Positions 20,827 through 24,000 of a stretch of 24,000 nucleotides of DNA are shown one piece after another. Source of the DNA: Jiangellaceae bacterium (GTDB lineage: Bacteria > Actinomycetota > Actinomycetes > Jiangellales > Jiangellaceae). Numbering within the stretch: the stretch's first letter is position 1; the number at the start of each line of letters is the position of its first letter. A program made the position numbers and the translations under genes. The stretch spans positions 1 through 24,000 of the forward strand of contig DASRTE010000167.1 of the NCBI GenBank assembly GCA_035656095.1. The letters are read 5' to 3'. Below the pieces are notes generated by a model. That model had not been told where the DNA came from. It ran no database searches and was given only the letters and a program-made list of their open reading frames with translations.

Positions 20827-21593
20827 TCCCCAACCCTCCGCGGCGCCCGTCCACGCAGCCCGGCGACCAGGGCTATCGGTGCCGCCGCCAGGACCGGTAT
20901 CCCCGGTGGCAGGAACGGGACCAACGCCGTCGCGACCGCGGCGCCGCCGATCGCCACGACCCGGTTCGTGGCGTCGTCGAGCCGAGGCCAGAGCAGGGCG
21001 AGGAACGCGGCCGGGACTGCCGCGTCGAGGCCGAGGGTCTCGGGGTCGCCGACGGCCGAGCCTCCCAGCGCGCCGGCGAGCGTACCGAGGTTCCACAAGA
21101 CGAACAGCGATACGCCGGTGACCCAGAAGGCATAGCGCTGTGCCTGCCGGGTGGAGCGCGCGATGGCCGTGGCCGTCGTCTCGTCGATCACCAACGGTGC
21201 CGCAAGCGCAGAACGCCGGCCGCGGACGCCGAGGATTCCCGCCATCCGAACCCCGTAGAACGTGTTGCGCAGCCCGAGCAGGAGCGCCGCGGGGATGGCG
21301 GCGAGGGCGGACCCGCCACCGCCGACGACGCCGACGAAGGCGAACTGCGACGCCCCGGTGAACATGACGACGCTCAGCGCACAGGTCTGCACCACGCTGA
21401 GCCCGGATGCCACCGACACCGCTCCGAAGGACGCCCCGAAGGCGGCGGCATAGGCCGCGATACCCAGCGCATCCCGGCGGATCGCCGAGCGTTCCCGGTC
21501 CGCTTCCACCCGGACGACCGTAGCGACGAGGCCCGACAGCGATGGCCGCGCCCGGTAGGTCTCAGCGGGAGGGCATCCGGGACGGGCCGACAT
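20823..21593 (-). CDS. azlC: AzlC-family branched-chain amino acid transporter permease
   Basis: GIAAYAAAFGASFGAVSVASGLS, MFTGASQFAFVG and LLLGLRNTFYG are typical AzlC stretches. The start is uncertain. ATG 21593 would overlap the upstream gene's 3' end by 32 nt. GTG 21509 is the alternative start. Confidence 0.78.
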   Translation of the reverse strand: MSARPGCPPAETYRARPSLSGLVATVVRVEADRERSAIRRDALGIAAYAAAFGASFGAVSVASGLSVVQTCALSVVMFTGASQFAFVGVVGGGGSALAAIPAALLLGLRNTFYGVRMAGILGVRGRRSALAAPLVIDETTATAIARSTRQAQRYAFWVTGVSLFVLWNLGTLAGALGGSAVGDPETLGLDAAVPAAFLALLWPRLDDATNRVVAIGGAAVATALVPFLPPGIPVLAAAPIALVAGLRGRAPRRVGE

Positions 21594-22197
21594 GGGTGTC
21601 GAGCCAGGCGTTCAACGGCGCGAAGTCGCGCCATGCACCCGCGACGCGCTCGACCGCCTCGGCGGTGTGCACCCAGGGCGGCGACCCGAACTCGACCCAC
21701 GCCGCGAGGCCGCGGTAGCGGAGCAGGTCGACGCGCGGGTGGTCGGCGGCGTAGCCGCGCGGCCGCGTCTTCAGCGCGTCGCCACCCACCGTGTAGCCGG
21801 CGCCACGCAACCGGTCGACCTCCTTCTCGAGCTCCGAACCCGTACCGTCGTCGTCGACGGCCTCGCGGAACTGTCCGACCTGGTCGGCGGCCATGTGGTA
21901 GTAGCCGCCCGCCGCGAACAGGCCTGCGGCCGACACATGGACGTAGCTGTCACCCACGGTGGCGCCCTGCTGGTCCTTGTAGGGGCTCTTGTCCCTGGCG
22001 AAGCGGACGTCGCGATAGGGCCGGAACAGATGGACCGGGCCGAACTCGGGCTCGAGCAACTCGCACAGCGCCACCAACGGCTCGCGAACGCAGGACTCGT
22101 AGACGTGCTTGTGCGCGGTCCAGTAGGTCTTGGAGTTGTCGGCCTCGAGGCCTTCGTAGAAGTCGAGCGCCTCGACCGGGAAGCCGGTGAAGGTCAT
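21562..22197 (-). CDS. DUF2461 (TIGR02453-like) family protein
   Basis: Track ORF 21562..22809 trimmed to ATG 22197, which is preceded by GGGGAGA. The N-terminus MTFTGFPVEALDFYEGLEADNSKTYWTAHKHVYE and the stretch FRPYRDVRFARDKSPYK match the DUF2461 pattern. Confidence 0.85.
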   Translation of the reverse strand: MTFTGFPVEALDFYEGLEADNSKTYWTAHKHVYESCVREPLVALCELLEPEFGPVHLFRPYRDVRFARDKSPYKDQQGATVGDSYVHVSAAGLFAAGGYYHMAADQVGQFREAVDDDGTGSELEKEVDRLRGAGYTVGGDALKTRPRGYAADHPRVDLLRYRGLAAWVEFGSPPWVHTAEAVERVAGAWRDFAPLNAWLDTHVGPSRMPSR

Positions 22198-22290
22198 GGT
22201 TCTCCCCACGTGCACGGTGGTGACGGGTCCCGGGCAGCCTAACTCTCGGGCGAGAGGTCGCTCTGGAAGGATCGGCCCTCGTGAGGATGC

Positions 22291-22842
22291 ATGGCTGACC
22301 GCAGTGTCCGGGTCGCCTGGGCCGACGACGCCCCGGCGATCGGTGCGGTCCAGGCGCGCGCATGGCAGCAGTCGTACGCCGACGTGCTCCCGCCGGCCGC
22401 ACTCGCCGCGGTCGACGCCGACGCCTTCGCCGAGGCCTGGCGGCATGCCGTCGTCAGACCGCCGACGGCGCGCCACCGGGTGCTGGTCGCGCTGGAGCGG
22501 AACACCGTGGTCGGACTGGCCGCCATCGCACCCTCCGAGGATGTGGACGCCGGCCCGGGCGACGCCGAGATGGTCGCCTTCCACGTCGACCCCGACGCCC
22601 TCGGAGCCGGCCACGGGTCCCGGTTGTTGACCGCCGTCGTCGACACGATGCGCGCCGACGGCTTCAGCCACGCCCGCGTCTGGCTGGTCGCCGGCGACGA
22701 CGCCGTCAGAGGCTTCCTCGAGTCGGCCGGCTGGGCCGCCGACGGCGCACACCGCGAGCTCGACCTCACCGGTGACGGCAGTGCGACCCTGCGCCAGCTC
22801 CGCGTGCACACCGACCTGCGGGAGGAATCCTCCTCGACGTGA
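22291..22842 (+). CDS. GNAT-family N-acetyltransferase
   Basis: 183 aa. Acetyl-CoA binding region VAFHVDPDALGAGHGSRLLTAVVD (the Q/RxxGxG/A-like motif). The overall length and layout fit a GNAT. Confidence 0.85.
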   Translation: MADRSVRVAWADDAPAIGAVQARAWQQSYADVLPPAALAAVDADAFAEAWRHAVVRPPTARHRVLVALERNTVVGLAAIAPSEDVDAGPGDAEMVAFHVDPDALGAGHGSRLLTAVVDTMRADGFSHARVWLVAGDDAVRGFLESAGWAADGAHRELDLTGDGSATLRQLRVHTDLREESSST

Positions 22843-22853
22843 TCACGAGGAGG
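22829..22853. terminator. Hairpin spanning the abutting stop codons of two convergent genes (possible bidirectional terminator)
   Basis: CCTCCTCG (22829-36) pairs perfectly with CGAGGAGG (22846-53). The 9-nt loop ACGTGATCA contains TGA (22840-42, + gene) and TCA (22843-45, stop of the - gene). No U-tract. Confidence 0.3.
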
Positions 22854-23454
22854 TCGTCGACGCCAGATACGCGCGACCCCGGGGCGAGAGCCGGTAGCCG
22901 ATGTCGAGGCTCTCGGTCAACCCGAGGTTCTTCAGCTTGCGTACGTCGATCTTGAATGGCTGCATCTCCCGGTCCACCGACGCGGCGAGATCGGCCGCGC
23001 GGGTCGCCGGACGGTCCCGGATGAGCTCGAGTGTGGTCCGCGTCCACGGCCCGTGCCGACTGGCCCGGTCGAGCCGGTCCAGCCGCGTGGAGATGGCGAC
23101 GACGTCGGCCTGGTCGAGCTCGGCGTCGGCGGCAAGCTCCGCGCGCGGGTCCCCGCCGGGCGCGCGGTGGAACTCGATCCGGTACAGCGTCGCTCCCGCA
23201 CGGACGGGGAGGTCGGCGACCAGTGCGCGGGCGTCGGCATGACCGGCCCGACGGGCGTCGTCGTCGGTGATCGCCGCCGGTTCCGTCGCCGACACGGACG
23301 TCACCTCGACGATGCCGGCCGGCGTGCGGTACGGCCTTCCGGCCACGACCTGCGCACGGTGCCAACGGCGGAACGTCAGCGTGATCGAACCGTCGGCGAT
23401 CCCGGGCCAGAACCGCTGCGTGAACAGCACCCCAGCATTCTTCCCTCTCGCCAT
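22843..23454 (-). CDS. Hypothetical protein, N-terminal ASCH/PUA-like region plus C-terminal winged-helix-like region
   Basis: Track ORF 22843..23586 trimmed to ATG 23454, because third-position GC drops upstream of it. FTQRFWPGIADGSITLTFRRW resembles ASCH-domain proteins. The C-terminus LELIRDRPATRAADLAASVDREMQPFKIDVRKLKNLGLTESLDIGYRLSPRGRAYL looks wHTH-like. The functional call is tentative. Confidence 0.65.
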   Translation of the reverse strand: MARGKNAGVLFTQRFWPGIADGSITLTFRRWHRAQVVAGRPYRTPAGIVEVTSVSATEPAAITDDDARRAGHADARALVADLPVRAGATLYRIEFHRAPGGDPRAELAADAELDQADVVAISTRLDRLDRASRHGPWTRTTLELIRDRPATRAADLAASVDREMQPFKIDVRKLKNLGLTESLDIGYRLSPRGRAYLASTTSS

Positions 23455-23512
23455 CTTGTGGCTGGTTCGGCACGTGTCCGTTGCTGGGGACGGGTTGCGA
23501 ACCAGCCACAAG
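23455..23512. promoter_or_regulatory. Perfect 15-bp inverted repeat (28-nt spacer) in the divergent ASCH/paaA intergenic region
   Basis: CTTGTGGCTGGTTCG (23455-23469) is the exact reverse complement of CGAACCAGCCACAAG (23498-23512). Inner pairing GTCC/GGAC at 23476-79 and 23488-91. The left arm abuts the minus-strand ATG at 23454. Confidence 0.5.
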
Positions 23513-23538
23513 TCGGCGCGTGCGGGGGAGGCCTCAGA

Positions 23539-23593
23539 TGTGACACTGTCGCCACAGGTCTGCTGGACATGTGTCACAACGCGCACCTAGGCT
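23539..23593 (+). promoter_or_regulatory. Candidate paaA promoter (TGGACA, 18 nt, TAGGCT) overlapped by an 8-bp dyad
   Basis: TGGACA at 23564-69 and TAGGCT at 23588-93 (TANNNT type). The -10 ends 7-8 nt before the paaA ATG, so the mRNA may be leaderless. TGTGACAC (23539-46) and GTGTCACA (23571-78) are exact reverse complements. Confidence 0.35.
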
Positions 23594-23600
23594 GGCATTC

Positions 23601-24000
23601 ATGGACTCCACGGAGACCGACCCGCGCGAGGCGGCGTTCCAGGACCTCATCGACGCCGACGGCCGGGTCGAGCCGCGTGACTGGATGCCCGACGACTACC
23701 GTCGCTCGTTGGTCCGTCAGATCGCCCAGCATGCTCACTCCGAGATCATCGGCATGCAGCCGGAGGGCAACTGGATCACCCGCGCGCCGAGCCTCCGGCG
23801 CAAGGCCATCCTCATGGCCAAGGTGCAGGACGAGGCCGGCCACGGCCTCTACCTCTACGCCGCCGCCGAGACCCTCGGCGTTTCGCGCGACGAGCTCCTC
23901 GACCTGTTGCACGCTGGCAAGCAGAAATACTCGTCGATCTTCAACTACCCGACCCTGACCTGGGCGGACATGGGAGCGATCGGCTGGCTCGTCGACGGTG
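23601..24000 (+). CDS. paaA: 1,2-phenylacetyl-CoA epoxidase subunit A (partial, continues beyond the window)
   Basis: Not in the ORF track because there is no stop in the window. My translation from ATG 23601 is [133 protein letters not shown]. It closely parallels the PaaA sequence as I remember it ([35 protein letters not shown]...[13 protein letters not shown]...[14 protein letters not shown]). Confidence 0.9.
   Translation, partial: MDSTETDPREAAFQDLIDADGRVEPRDWMPDDYRRSLVRQIAQHAHSEIIGMQPEGNWITRAPSLRRKAILMAKVQDEAGHGLYLYAAAETLGVSRDELLDLLHAGKQKYSSIFNYPTLTWADMGAIGWLVDG

Noticed and set aside
20827-21096. N-terminal extensions of track ORFs: 20524..21096, 21562..22809, 22843..23586, 7852..8004, 7488..7526, 6794..6832 and 7351..7524.
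   Set aside because: The extensions are Arg/Pro-rich or overlap the neighbouring gene. Internal starts give canonical N-termini, SD sequences or 4-nt coupling overlaps.
23053-23958. A 301-aa + strand ORF overlapping the ASCH-like gene and the paaA 5' end.
   Set aside because: It is in a different frame from the PaaA-like translation and is Arg-rich with no motifs. The PaaA frame and the minus-strand ASCH-like frame explain the region.

Overview
High-GC (about 70% or more by eye) actinobacterial chromosomal core, gene-dense and mostly ordinary. The + strand carries the conserved translation and RNA-processing neighbourhood: proS, then rimP-nusA-ylxR-infB-DUF503-rbfA-truB-ribF, then rpsO-pnp-M16 peptidase-dapB-membrane protein. 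More variable genes are interspersed. A CapA-family lipoprotein sits at the left edge. A hipBA toxin-antitoxin pair and sthA lie between proS and a divergent, translationally coupled pair of DUF4439/ferritin-like proteins. At the right end are azlCD, a DUF2461 protein, a GNAT acetyltransferase, an ASCH-like/winged-helix-like protein, and the 5' end of paaA. paaA runs off the window and is absent from the ORF track. I saw no rRNA, tRNA, CRISPR array, transposase or integrase. I do not see a convincing new multi-gene system. The least explained signals are: (1) a perfect 15-bp inverted repeat plus an 8-bp dyad in the ASCH/paaA divergent spacer; (2) the Tat-lipoprotein plus signal-less DUF4439 pair; (3) hipBA directly downstream of an aminoacyl-tRNA synthetase gene; (4) two overlapping mini-ORFs formed by a 10-nt direct repeat upstream of infB; (5) structured RNA in the rpsO-pnp spacer. 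All functional calls rest on motif recognition by eye, with no database search.
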